64,000 nt of DNA, taken from positions 22,506,001 through 22,570,000 of the forward strand of contig CM120642.1 of the NCBI GenBank assembly GCA_051362555.1, given 5' to 3'. The stretch's first letter is position 1, and each line of letters begins with the position of its first letter. Source of the stretch: Lingula anatina. Taxonomy: Eukaryota; Animalia; Brachiopoda. Made by a program: the position numbers and the translations under genes. Shown in pieces: positions 48,701 to 64,000 of the stretch. The notes beneath the pieces were generated by a model. The model was not told the DNA's origin and made no database searches. It saw only the letters and a program-made list of their open reading frames with translations.

Positions 48701-50836
48701 TTAAAACATTGGAAATTGGTAGACTTAACATCGTGTGTATGGACACTTTGGAATTTTAGTGCAACAGGGGCTTGGGCAGTCCCTTAGGGGGTGGTTGATT
48801 CTTAATTCTTTTGTCATTGTAATTTCATTTATTTATTTATTTACCTATTGAGAGTATAAACATGATAAATTAAAAATTTATCTTCCCCACAGCCCTCATG
48901 AGGTTTGTAAATTTACATAAATAAAACTATTTAAAAAATTAAAAATTGTGTTAAGACCATTAAATGAACTATAAAACTTATAAACAAAAAGGATGATTAA
49001 AAATAACAATAAAACATATACAGATTTAACAATAACAACAGTAACAATCCTATTTTGAATAAAATTTAAATTGGCTGATTTAAAACTTTTCAAAGTTTTC
49101 AAATTTTGAATGTCATTATGAAGATTATTCCATAAAAGTATAGAGCTCCAAAAGGTCTTTGTGATAGCAGCCTGGCAAATATAACTGCTCTTTGGTTGAA
49201 GATCTTGTTTGTCTCTTTGTAACATTAGATAAAATATTATTAAATAAAGTACTCATGTATGTAGGTGTTAAATCATTTCCAAACTTGTATATCATTGTAA
49301 ATTTCCTTGAATCTATTTTTTCATAAATGTTGAGCCAATTTAAGTTTTTTAAAAAGATTAAAAGAGGAATGGCTTTTGCCTGTTTCTGATGTATAACTAG
49401 TATTAACCTAGTAGAACGTTTCTGCCATTTATATGATTCATAGATTTTCGGACTACTGTCCCATACAGGGGAATAGTAGTCTAGGTGAGGGGTTACCTGT
49501 GCATTATAGAAAAGTTTTCTCGTTTCTACAAGCAGATAGATTTTGATTTTTCTTAAAAGTGGGAGTTTACTGTCTACTGTCTTTCTAATTTTCTGTATAT
49601 TCCATCTGAATATTGAATATTCCATGATAGGTAATCACATGTAGTCCCTGGTAGTTTTTCAGAGCTCACATTGTCAGCCAGTTTTCCATTTAAAGTCCAT
49701 TGTTATTTTTTACTGTTTTCATTTAAGTGTTCCCATTATTGACTCAAAGTAATTAGCATACATGTAGTTTTTTTAAAACACTGTCGACATTTTGTTACTT
49801 TCACACCATGTTGTAAAATTTTTCACATCAAAGTTTAGTTTTTGGTTTAGTTCAGAAGTTGTTTTTATCATTTTATGTGAACAACCACAGAGTTTGCAAT
49901 TTTAAAGGGGCAAGGTGGTCTGAAAAAGTGGACCTTTTTTCCACAAAACTTTCATGTTCCTTGAATAAATTTTAACCCAGAGCAGACTTTCAAAATGAGC
50001 CCCCTCCCCCTGGCCTGGCAACAGGCCCAATTAATAAGTCACTGGTGGCCAGTCCACTAAATAAATATATCCCAGCAGTCCTGGCAAAAAGTGCATGCCT
50101 ATGAGCCACAATAGAAATGACAGGTACATTTCACTTCTAGATAACATCTTGGATTTCACTGCTTTTTCTTCCTTTACAAGAACGATTGAAAACTTAACAA
50201 CTGACAAAGAGCTGCAGCATGCTGAATCCGTTCACTGGCCTGACTGGCTTGAAAACTCAGTGAGTGTGGCAGATGATATTTTTGAATGCTTGAAACAAGA
50301 CAAAAAAAAAGTTGCTCTATTTTGATGTTTGCTCTAAGTGTAAGGCAAAAGAAAAATATAATTTTAAAAAATAATTTATTAGTTGGATTGATTGCACCAT
50401 ACAAATTGTTTGAGTAACTACCATAACTGATGCACATAATAAAAATTGGTGTTGGTAGTGTTGTCAAGCATTATGTAATATCACATCAAAAATGAAAAAA
50501 ATATATCTAATTTTTATTTATTTATTTATTTTTTTTTTGCTTTTATGTTTTAAAATGATAATATTATTATTAGTATTTGCATGGAAGGCTTTGAAGATGT
50601 AAAGGATAATTTACTTGGACTATTGGTTGCTAAATAAAAGGAAATTGATGTGAACTAAATTTCCTGTAAACAGAATAAAGTTACATGTGTATGGTCATAA
50701 TTTTTAAGAAGTGGGGAAATGAGATATATATCTAATTTTCTTGCTTGACCTGATTAATAAACTGAGAGAAAACAGTGTAAAGTTAACAAGGGAGAGAACA
50801 TATCTGAAGGAAATAAACTGGAATGAAATAAGAAAT

Positions 50837-50891
<55 letters not shown>

Positions 50892-51276
50892 AAAAGAAAA
50901 AACTAACATCAGCTATTTTGCCCCGACCGGTTTCATTCTTTCTTCAGGGGGTTTTGTTTATTTGTTACTAGGTGATGTCATAAAGGCTAAAATGTGACGT
51001 CTGTAACAATAGGTGTTTAATTGTTGCTTTTACCAATGCTATTATCTATTCAATGTAGGTTTATACTTATTAATGAATAGATTTTCTTTCATTTCCCTTT
51101 CTGTTTGGGTTGTTTCCCTACATTGAATATTTTAGCCTTTATGACATCACTTAGTAACAAATAAACAAAAACCCCTGAAGAAAGAATGCAACCGGTCGGG
51201 GCAAAATAGCTGATGTTCGTTTTTTCTTTTTATTATATATAATATATACTCGTACAGGAAAAACACTTTTACGTTT

Positions 51277-51342
<66 letters not shown>

Positions 51343-53040
51343 ACAAAAAGTGAATAAAATAAATTAATTATTCTGGAAATGAATCCATTGTATGTGGTCA
51401 TATTACAGATAGTTACTTACATTTTCTTTCCCTTGCCAAATCTTTGACATGCTTTATCAGGACATCTGTTGCTTAGTTTTGCTTTAACTGTCTGTGTCTG
51501 TGTAAAGAAAAATAAAATCTATTGTATCTCAGTGTAAGAAACCAACTTCATGTTGAAGAGTGAAAGGCACATTAATTCCATTTCCATGTTTTTGGATTAC
51601 ATGTTCTAATATAAACATTTTGCAATTTGGAAAATAAGATCTGTGTCAAACACATTTCTCCACAGAAGATTGGCTGATTTACTGTTGGAAAGGAAAGTAG
51701 AAGTGTGCTAGATGTGCTAGATTGTTTCAGATGGAGTCCAACACACTTGTCTTGTATGTGGAAAAGATACTTTCTCTGAGGAATACCTGTCAAAATGCTC
51801 AAGCTCCTCTGCAGATGCTGAACAGATTTTAAAGAAAATAGCAGAGGCAAAGAAAGAAAAAGGTATTCTTATTGCAAAATTTAGTATTGCTAAAGTAATA
51901 CCTTATATATTGACAAAACTTAAGCAGAATGAAATTATTGCACCAAAAAATTGTGTTATCTTGTAGATGTGCAGGATTTAATTAAAACATCCTGTTTAGA
52001 CATTTTATAGTCTAACAGCTAATTTTTCACTGTTAGGATGAATAAGTACAGTATTATGAGTAAGGTTTGTTTTTTGTGTTTTATTACCTCCATCCAAGAT
52101 AACTGGTTTAGTGTTTAAATTACCATCTGGACTGGGAAGTGACCATACCTTTCATAAATAAATACTTTGAAACACATCCAGATAGACTATTCTGTAATGT
52201 CAGTTTTATTTGCTTCTTCTAAAGGCCCCTCATCTTTTTATTCAGACTTCAAGATGGTACTGGAGCTATCTGGGCACTGTCTTTCTGAGGTCAGTGACCA
52301 CCTGCACCCTATGCACATCTTAATGATCCGATTACATGACAGTGCATTTGATGCATGTATAGAGTTACAGAAGTGGGACCTAGCTCTGGTGTATGCCAGT
52401 AAGACAACAGAAGCATACAGGTTAGAAGGGAAAAACCATTTGGAGTAAATTTAAAGGCCCACATTATATTGGGCTATGCCTGAAACTGGTAGCATATAAA
52501 TATTCAGTTGTCAGGTATATATTACTTTTTAAAAAAGTTTGTAAGCTTCTAACTTTTTAAAAGTTTAAAATTGTTGAAGCACATTTATATCATTCTCTAT
52601 CCTTACTTGCAGAATGACAGAAATCAGTGGATTTTCATGGCTTTTTTTTATAATATTCAAGAAATGAATTTTTCCAGGGAATTTTATGCGGCATATCATC
52701 CAAATCTTGGTATTCACTTGATGAAGATTGGTAAAATGCAACAATATCTTAAACAGATTGAACCAGCGTTGAAGAATCTTCAGCAGGTATATAATTACTT
52801 AAATATTTCAACTTCCAAGTGAGTATATAAGGATAAGTAAACATAGTTGACAACAGGTGTTATTTAAGGGACTGCTTGCTGTTTTTTTTGTTTCCATGTT
52901 CATCAATGTTTCCACAATTTTTCCAGGCTGAAGACATTTTGCATGCGAGTCATGGAAAGAGCCATTCTTTGTGCCAAGATCTAAAGATACTTTTAAAGCA
53001 GTGTGAGGAAGAGCTAAGAATTCAGCAAGGGAGAACATAA
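10453..53040 (+). CDS. SMYD3: SET and MYND domain lysine methyltransferase (SMYD3-like), 13 exons, ~452 aa
   Basis: Exons with GT-AG borders and consistent phase: 10453-10553, 13780-13846, 18571-18681, 18896-18968, 19183-19310, 20036-20103, 21267-21369, 21661-21771, 24892-24958, 51731-51862, 52246-52420, 52678-52786, 52927-53040 (1359 nt). MYND finger CDQC..CSACAVVRYCSIRCQ..W.LHKKEC. SET motifs INSFSI, GAGVYLSPSILDHSCCPNA, VSYID. Post-SET QYYFTCNCVMC. TPR-like tail YHPNLGIHLMKIGK...HG..HSL. Confidence 0.9.
10816..11138 (+). mobile_element. TRIM (mini LTR retrotransposon) with tRNA-derived LTRs, Helenus-type
   Basis: Two 132-bp LTRs TGTAG...CTACA (10816-10947, 11007-11138; 3 mismatches). PBS TGGTGGCAGCGGTG at 10949-10962 is complementary to the tRNA-Leu 3' end. 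PPT GGGGGGGAGGAG precedes the 3' LTR. 4-bp TSD CCTT. Empty sites exist at ~28929 and (inverted) ~11963. Confidence 0.93.
10841..10913 (+). ncRNA. tRNA-like (Thr, TGT anticodon) segment inside the 5' LTR; second copy at 11032-11104
   Basis: A box TAGCTCAGTAGG and B box GGTTCGATTCC. Anticodon stem CTCGC/GCGAG with loop CCTGTAA (C rather than U at position 33). It is LTR-embedded, so probably not a translation tRNA. Confidence 0.6.
13917..14564. mobile_element. MITE with ~120-bp imperfect TIRs
   Basis: CAGGCTTCATAAACG...GAGCCTCAGATTCC...AACAAGCACAACGT versus ACGTTGTGCTTGTT...GGAATCTGAGGCT...CGTTTATGAGGCCTG. Confidence 0.7.
15583..18142 (+). repeat. Helentron-associated (HINE/DINE-like) repeat region containing a ~160-bp tandem array
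   Basis: 5' TTTTTATGTACAGAC followed by a GTCGCC-type microsatellite. Unit GAAACTTACAGAACTGATGAATAT recurs at ~15722, 15882, 16043 and 16207. 3' motif GTCTGTACATTTGACAGCTTTGCTGCCTTGTT at 18112-18142. The same end motif occurs at ~21098 (+) and at 25203, 45633, 55781 and 59867 (-). Confidence 0.6.
20725..20938. mobile_element. Short Harbinger/Tourist-like MITE
   Basis: TTA flanks both ends. Imperfect TIR GGGCATATTCCCAGA / TCTGGGAAAGGGGTC. Confidence 0.5.
21492..21588. repeat. Compound (GT)n(GA)n microsatellite
   Basis: Seen directly. Other microsatellites: (CA)n 2451-2484, (GT)n+polyG 6658-6717, (AT)n 25667-25718, 32205-32242, 39721-39775, 50840-50888, (GT)n 38504-38555, (TA)(GA) 51277-51340. 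Confidence 0.95.
22590..23345 (+). repeat. Degenerate ~150-bp tandem repeat (TTGAACTTGAATAGGAAGTCATAT...TGACCTTGAAATTGACCTTTGACC)
   Basis: Unit seen at ~22598, 22981, 23123 and 23270. It is probably the internal array of another HINE-like element. Confidence 0.6.
23582..23703. mobile_element. ~120-bp almost perfectly palindromic MITE built from TCCTATAGGA units
   Basis: CCCTAACGAAAAAAGTC...GACTTTTTCGTAAGGG with a central AAATTGGGCCAATTT palindrome. Confidence 0.6.
24115..24660. mobile_element. PIF/Harbinger-like MITE (family A), intact
   Basis: TIRs GAGCGCATTCTCAACGAATTAAGCCAGG... extending ~160 bp. 3-bp TSD TTA at 24112-24114 and 24661-24663. Confidence 0.85.
25203..25645 (-). repeat. Inverted copy of the HINE-like repeat at ~17580-18142
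   Basis: CAAGGCAGCAAAGCTGTCAAATGTACAGAC and CCTCAGGTGGATGGGAGTT are reverse complements of sequence at 18110-18142 and 17635-17655. Confidence 0.75.
25738..27782. mobile_element. TTAA-flanked non-autonomous DNA transposon (Kolobok-like)
   Basis: TTAA|GGGGGGAATGTA ... TACATACCCCCC|TTAA (12-bp TIR with 1 mismatch). No recognisable ORF. Confidence 0.65.
28451..29447. mobile_element. Chimeric family-A MITE containing an inverted copy of ~11853-12250
   Basis: GAGCGCATTC...GAATGCGCTC ends. Internal ~28655-29043 matches the reverse complement of the foldback/family-A junction in intron 1. 29044-29447 resumes as the 24115-type copy. Confidence 0.8.
30638..40651 (-). CDS. GluR0/AvGluR1-like ionotropic-receptor-family channel with K+ selectivity filter (TTVGYGD), 8 coding exons, ~449 aa, nested in SMYD intron 9
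   Basis: Exons (-): 40243-40651, 38261-38388, 33809-33903, 33407-33569, 33105-33168, 31870-32123, 31364-31523, 30638-30714. All are GT-AG and phase-consistent, giving 1350 nt open to TAA. Signal peptide MMKLDISPVLFCHILILTIPIMHG. S1-like WYDLPPLI..KGLLASLI. M1 WPLALIILLAACFAGIIIWIA. Pore GIWWAFVTMTTVGYGDVVP. M2 FFGTIWIMTGIVLVTCFTATLTTSL. S2-like DLKGAMVGVLDGT. C-terminal TM LTILIAGWALWLFIVLVILAW. Confidence 0.85.
34891..37668. mobile_element. TTAA-flanked non-autonomous DNA transposon (Kolobok-like), 2.8 kb
   Basis: TTAA|AGGACAAT ... ATTGTCCT|TTAA. A second, inverted copy starts at 62898. It lies in intron 2 of the nested channel gene. Confidence 0.8.
38702..40087. mobile_element. Harbinger-like non-autonomous element with a nested family-A MITE (39330-39630)
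   Basis: TIR GGCCCGGTTGCACCAAC / GTTGGTGCAACCGGGCC. TSD CAG on both sides. Internal palindromic family-A copy and an (AT)n run. Confidence 0.75.
43419..44923 (+). mobile_element. 5'-truncated, degenerate non-LTR retrotransposon (RT C-terminal half, RTEX-like)
   Basis: Motifs GTKQGCMLSPFMF, YLLFADD, YKYLG, LCYGAEIWG and LAIETGRH..RLCKYC..IEDEKHF, broken by stops and a frameshift. Flanked by direct repeat TGCTTAATTGGA (43407-43418, 44924-44935). Confidence 0.85.
46728..48592 (-). pseudogene. Degenerate Kolobok-type transposon relic: KolX (P2X7-ballast-like) fragment plus THAP-transposase fragments
   Basis: ~48430-48300 reads FNAYSQ..GKEIGVILSSCISMKIRQQF / NYKGFEFS*. From 47713, MGRVRKGKGHFCAAY..SSSANNMSFHLF...LPDAVSMI is THAP-like. 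46875-46728 reads LLEAMHYNENG*REQAYTKD..FKKVNYTV..CTF, bounded by AG/GT splice sites. Stops and frameshifts are present. Confidence 0.6.
48990..49900 (-). mobile_element. Degenerate L2/CR1-group LINE 3' fragment
   Basis: KLFYNAQVTPHLDYYSPVWD..QKRSTRLIL..LNWLNI..IYK...PTYM and LLWNNL....NLKTLKSFK are post-RT motifs, spread across frameshifted ORFs. Confidence 0.65.
50881..51240. mobile_element. Inverted ~110-bp repeat pair between (TA)n runs, each arm carrying a minimal hammerhead-like motif (Penelope-like pLTR remnant)
   Basis: Minus strand 50921-50951: CCCC-CTGAAGA-AAGAAT-GAAA-CCGGTC-GGGG. Plus strand 51172-51201 is the same with GAAA changed to GCAA. Confidence 0.6.
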
Positions 53041-55046
53041 CATTATACAGAGTCCTCATGTAAACTTCTATTTCTCTAAATATGGATTTTTCAAGAAAGC
53101 ATGGTTGTTACACTACTTTTCAGATCAAAACTGAACATCTTAAATTTTAATTTAAGGGTAATTGGAGAGGGAGAGAGAGAGAGAGATTCAATTAAAAAAA
53201 AAATTAACACTATTGAGGTACTGTGAACATACATTTTATTTCACCCTGCTGTTCATTTTCCACATAAGACTAGAAGATGTAAATAATTTGATATACAAGT
53301 ATCTGTAATACCAGGGCCAGAGATATCTAGTGAAGTTGCTTTCTACTTCAGGTCAGTAATTTTGGCATTTCAGAAAACTGCATTCAAATTCACACATAGT
53401 ACTGGCTGGGTCAGCCCAATTCTGTGGATTCTCACTTAAGGGTATTGAAACCCTTTGTTATAAACCAAATAACAAAAATGATTTTTTTTCCTGTATTTAA
53501 TAATACGTCTTTCTTTGTGCCGATTTTAAACAATGAAAAAGTCCTCAAAAATATAAAATTTTAGCGTTTATATTTTTTCAATGCAATGTATAAGCATAGG
53601 GATCTCGAAGCTATAATCGTCAATTTAACCTTTCTATTTTGAGGCGAGATAGCAATTGGTATGAGTTGGACCAACCCAGCTACTACAAAGTTAGCTTGAA
53701 TGTGCCAATAGTGACCTCTATATCATGGGACCCCGTTTGAAAACTTATTATAGAAAGGAGATGGAAGTTGGCATATAAATTTGCTCCTTAGAGCAATGCT
53801 ATTTTAAGTAGCTATACATATCAAGTATCAATAAATAAACCAATTTATCACTACCATGAACAGGGTGTAGTAGGGGCTTTCCTTAAAAAATATAATGCAG
53901 TTAAGGGCATTTCTTTTATTTCTTTACTCTACAGTATTCTAAATGTAAATGTATTTTGGAAAAATTACAAACTTGTGAAATTCTAGCACCAAGATGTTAT
54001 TTGCACTCTATGGCACAACATACAATACAAAAAGTGTAGAGTACAAATGGCGCCAGAAATACATTGCCTCCTCTCTTACTTCTTTCTATGCTTACCTATA
54101 TAGCTAACAATTTGAAAATCCTGACAATATTGGCCAAGTGTGAACTCTACCACATTACCAGCAAAATATCTTAATATATATCTACTGAACTATATACATC
54201 ACAGATTTCAAATACATTTCCAAAAGGAATGGTCTACAATTTTGACAGTAAGGAGGCTATGTGTTAACAGATAATTTTAACTTTTTACTGACCTAAGCAG
54301 ATGTCATGTCTAAGCTACAAATTCCTTGCTCTTTAATACCAACATGTATATTTTGTGGAAAAAGTTTACAATTCATTGGTCAGGTAAACAATATTTCTAC
54401 ATAATTTTACACTTAACATAGAGACACACAAACAACATATGAGTAATATATCTAAGGTGGGTAAAGTATGGCTATAACTGTGATTATTGATTAATTCTAC
54501 CTTACGCGTGGAATACAAGTAATTCTTTATTCAGTTTTATGTGCTAAATCATCAAGTTTCAAACAAAGTGTGGATTTGGTTTCAGTTTACTCTGGGTATT
54601 GATAACTTGACGTCTTCTTAATTATGTATCACCTTAAAATTCATCCAATTCCAAACACCCAATGGTTCACTGGGCCCCGATATCAGACTTCAAAGCCATC
54701 TCATCACTAGCATAAATCTATCTCTAGTGTGCTTCCACACTGCCCTTTGTTGGACTCACTCTAGCATATTTTAAACAATTAAATGTACAGTTTCAGCCAC
54801 ACCAATATTTTGCCAAATGATTAACAGTGGAACATAAGAATTGAAAATTTAACATTTTCCTCTGCCAAAATGGTTATCAACTTCAATTTCGCTGGCTAAT
54901 GTGAGCCCAGCTCAGGTGATGAAACATCAGACGGCACAAAAGCCATGATAAGCTCAGTGCTAATAGAGGGCAGTGTAAGCATGCTGAGTCACATCTACTT
55001 ATCTTTTATTTGAGTCTTTGACTCTTTAAAATGTCACAAGGAGCTT

Positions 55047-60639
<5,593 letters not shown>

Positions 60640-61012
60640 CTTGACACGTCTGTTTCACCGGATAGTAGCCACGTCTATATGCAACATGCACTGACACAGG
60701 AAGTGCCAAGTCCGAAAGCTTCGTGGTCATGCTAATTATCGTACGTACTCCCTCTGATATAACAATTTTATGAACAAATATTACATTTTTTCAATTTGTT
60801 AAGATTACTTTTTAATTTTTTATGTAAAACATCTTATTTTATAAAATATATATCGTACATAATATATTCTAATAGCAACCAATTGAGTTTATAGAGCGCA
60901 GAAATTGATTAAGGTCGGGGAGGTTATTTGATGGAATAACTAAATGCCACGTCCGCAGAAACGGTATTTCGTTATAATCATTCGGCAAATTTCGGTTAGT
61001 TCCGTCTACATC
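60640..61012. promoter_or_regulatory. Bidirectional promoter between SURF4 and TADA1
   Basis: 373 bp between divergent ATGs. ETS site ACAGGAAGTG at 60696-60705. GCCACGTC at 60668 and 60946. YY1-like CATGGCGGC overlaps the TADA1 start. Confidence 0.65.
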
Positions 61013-62126
61013 ATGGCGGCCTCCGCAGAGCTGAACGTTGCGAGAAAGAAATTAGCCGAAGCTCTAGGGGACAGCATAACATTGTGAGTTCGAAGGGAGT
61101 CACACAAGAAAAAATTAAAAAAAGATTATTTTAAAAAATAAAAACGGGCGTTTCTTTCAAGGATTTTGTACTAAAATAGGAAAAAGTCTATGTTTATCAG
61201 ACTCGGGCCTCGGTTCCGTCGTGGTTTTCTTCGTAGCTGTCATTTGTTTCAGTTAGTGACACTTACAGGTTTCATTGAAAAATATTTCATGTTATGGAGC
61301 TTACAAAACAAAATGTTGATATTTTTGTGGCTCTAATGTCGAATTGGTTGACGCATAATTATCAGGGGTTTTGCAGAACCCCCCCCCCCCCCCCCCCCCA
61401 CCACCATTATAATTCTGTGATATCCAAAATATTTTTATCAATAAATTTGTGTGGTGACTTTTAACCGCTACAATGCCTATAAATTAGTTTGGCAATTCAT
61501 GTATTAATTTCAATGTGTTTGTTACATACTCTTTGTCTTCCAAATGTTGTGAGAGGTAAGGCTATCACAGGAGTGAAAATTTGCTGTTATCTCATTGGTA
61601 AAAAAAAACTTTATTTAAAAAAGGATTAATAATCAAGTAAGTAAATATCCAAACTACTTAACCAAATTTATTTAAATAGCAGAGACATAGATTAAAGTAA
61701 CCTGTGAAATTTTGATTAACATTAAAAATTTTAAGGGTGGGAGAATGATGCAAAAGTATGTTAGCAGAGATTGTACACAGCAAAATAAAATCTAAAAAGG
61801 AGAAAATGTTTGGAACGCATGTTTAAGCATAAATTTGGGCTATTCTCAGGTAGAACTTTGAGTAAATTGTGATAATTCCAGCAAGACGTTTTAGCAGATG
61901 GACCAAACCATCTGACTTTTTCAGAGGTTTATATTGTTGTATTTTAATTTAATCAATCGACCAAATTGATGTATTTTTTCAAATTAATTAATCTTGCCTT
62001 ATAAAAGGGCATGATTGTCAAACCTCTATCAAAGAATTAGAGCAAATTATGAAATTTATAAGTAAACATGATCTACACTTTTATTTCAGATATTTTCACA
62101 ATCTTAGATCCTGGTTCAAGCAAAAG
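61013..62126 (+). CDS. TADA1: Transcriptional adapter 1 (SAGA subunit), first two exons; the gene continues beyond the window
   Basis: Exons 61013-61083 and 62090-62126 join in frame to MAASAELNVARKKLAEALGDSITLYFHNLRSWFKQK. This matches the TADA1 N-terminal pattern (EL..A.K.L.EALGD....Y..NL..WFKQK). Confidence 0.85.
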
Positions 62127-62897
62127 GTAAGTAAGATTATCTAAAGATAAAAAACTTAAAATTAAGAGACATCTCTTTACTTTAAGTATAAAAGAGTATA
62201 TGGCTTCACTTAATTAAATAATTCATTTAGATGAAAAGTATAGAATTTATGATTACAAAGGGTATGCGAACAATCTTCAATATTAATGGCACATGGGTAG
62301 TATTTACTGCGGAAGGCAGGCTGGGCATTATAGTCTCTCTTTGCCATGAGGTGAAGCAGAAATAGCTGCAAATTGGTATCTATGGCGCACAGGTAGCCTT
62401 CACAGCTGTTCTGTGAATAGAGGGCTCGGGACAAAACATTGTGATCTGAAGAAACCAATGCCCTTTGTAAAAAACCTGGAAACTATGGAACAGTTTCTTT
62501 TTGAAAAACAGTTACAGCAATCAGAAACTATAGAAAATTGATTCTGATGTTGAGGAACCAGAATCTTTTTTTCATGGGGAAACGAGCAGACAAAGGGAGA
62601 GGCCATGAGAGGTGATCTGCAGTAGGTTTCACTGTTAAAGTAAGGCTGGGTTTTATTCATGAGTACACTCTCTCATCGCTTTGAGGCAGCGAAAAACACC
62701 AGTTGGTGTCAACGTAGCCTTTTATGTGGATAACGGTTTATAAAGGAAAGCTTGATATATTAGGAACATTCACTTTTTATTGCAGCTTAATTACCTCTCT
62801 TGGTAAAGAAATTCCTACTGATGATGATGGTATTGTGCACCTCAAGCAAAACTACCGATCACAGTCTCACACCAAGTCCTCATTTAAAATACCTTAA

Positions 62898-64000
62898 AGG
62901 ACAATGTTCATGTAAAAATCCATTTCTCGAATTTTGAAGATACAGCACTCAATCTATACACTAGAGGTATGTTTTAATCGATCCCCGCCATTTAAAAATT
63001 ATAAAAACAATCTATTAGTAGAAAAAAAAGCGTTTTAGTAAACCTCACCTCAATATGCAAAAATGAAGCAACAGATCTGGGTCACGTGGTACTGTGACGA
63101 CAATCACGATAAAGGTCTATGAGACTCAACTGAGCTGCATGGTGCATACTATACAGACGTAGAAGTTAAGGAAAGTTGTGTTGAACGGAGTTGAGGAATT
63201 TTCGTTATGCCTCGGTGTGTTGCCGTGGGATTCACCAAAATTGCAGCTCTCTTTGACAATCTTTCTTTGTCTGTGACGGTCTTCCGTGACTTACTAACTT
63301 CAGTGACAATAGTTGCGATGCTCTAGATCATGGTCACCTCAGGTGGTTTAGATCATATCAAGAGCTGGTAGTCTTTCAGATTAACTGTCATCAGTTGGCA
63401 AACTTACTGATTGCTGATGCATTTTAAATGCTTTGTAGTTGACCAAAAGCTCGTTTACAACAAACCTGTTAATTATGCACCGCTGCAATTCCCAAGCCAG
63501 GTAATAACAGGTATGAAACTCGTCTTGGTGGGCTTTCATATTTTTCAATATATCTCATTTATTTCATGGGGTTATTTTATTGGTATTTGTAAATGACGTT
63601 AAGTATCAATACTTAAACAATTAAGTTCAAACACGGTCGCGAACATAAATAAAAGAAATTGCTCTCAGGGTATCTTGAAGCTTCCGTGGAAGAAAACGTG
63701 TTGAGGAAAAACAGGAAAAAGAGCGTTATATTAAAGAAAAAATGGGAACTGCTATAATAAAATGGTTCGTTATCCTAATTCGTTTATGCTTTGAGGATTT
63801 GTTTCTGAAGATTATTTCATCTGAAATATTAAATAATTTAAAAGATTGATTATTTTATAACTTGAAACGCAAATTCTGCGTCAGTACGCAATTTTTTTTT
63901 TGCAAATTTGTAAGCTTATAACACCGTGCTATAAAGATCTACTCAAGAAAAAAATTTGCTTGGGTAAAATTGAGTACGGAATGAACTGGAGACACTTGGC
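62898..64000 (-). mobile_element. Second (inverted) copy of the 34891-37668 element, cut off by the window end
   Basis: TTAA|AGGACAATG followed by the reverse complement of 37660 down to ~36260, with a ~310-bp internal deletion near 63917. Confidence 0.85.

Noticed and set aside
62210-62660. Two overlapping minus-strand ORFs in TADA1 intron 2
   Set aside because: No recognisable motif. They may be a decayed mobile-element fragment, but this cannot be supported without a search.

Overview
This is AT-rich, repeat-dense eukaryotic genomic DNA, probably from a marine invertebrate (inferred from repeat content; the species cannot be determined). I reconstructed five protein-coding genes by hand from GT-AG junctions with consistent phase. 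(1) An intronless ankyrin-repeat gene (4341-5873, -). (2) A 13-exon SMYD3-like SET/MYND methyltransferase (10453-53040, +) with a 26.8-kb intron 9. (3) Nested antisense in that intron, an intact 8-exon, ~449-aa channel gene (30638-40651, -). Its layout is signal peptide-S1-M1-P-M2-S2-TM with a TTVGYGD K+ filter, i.e. a GluR0/AvGluR1-like ligand-gated K+ channel candidate; this is the most interesting object here. (4) SURF4 (55047-60639, -). (5) The first two exons of TADA1 (61013-62126, +), head-to-head with SURF4. The introns also hold a complete 323-bp tRNA-LTR mini-retrotransposon nested three levels deep, a MITE chimera that copied sequence from 17 kb upstream, TTAA-flanked Kolobok-like elements, a Kolobok relic (KolX plus THAP-transposase), an inverted pair of minimal hammerhead motifs, LINE and piggyBac fragments, and Helentron/HINE-like repeats. 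All homology calls come from motif recognition, not database searches.
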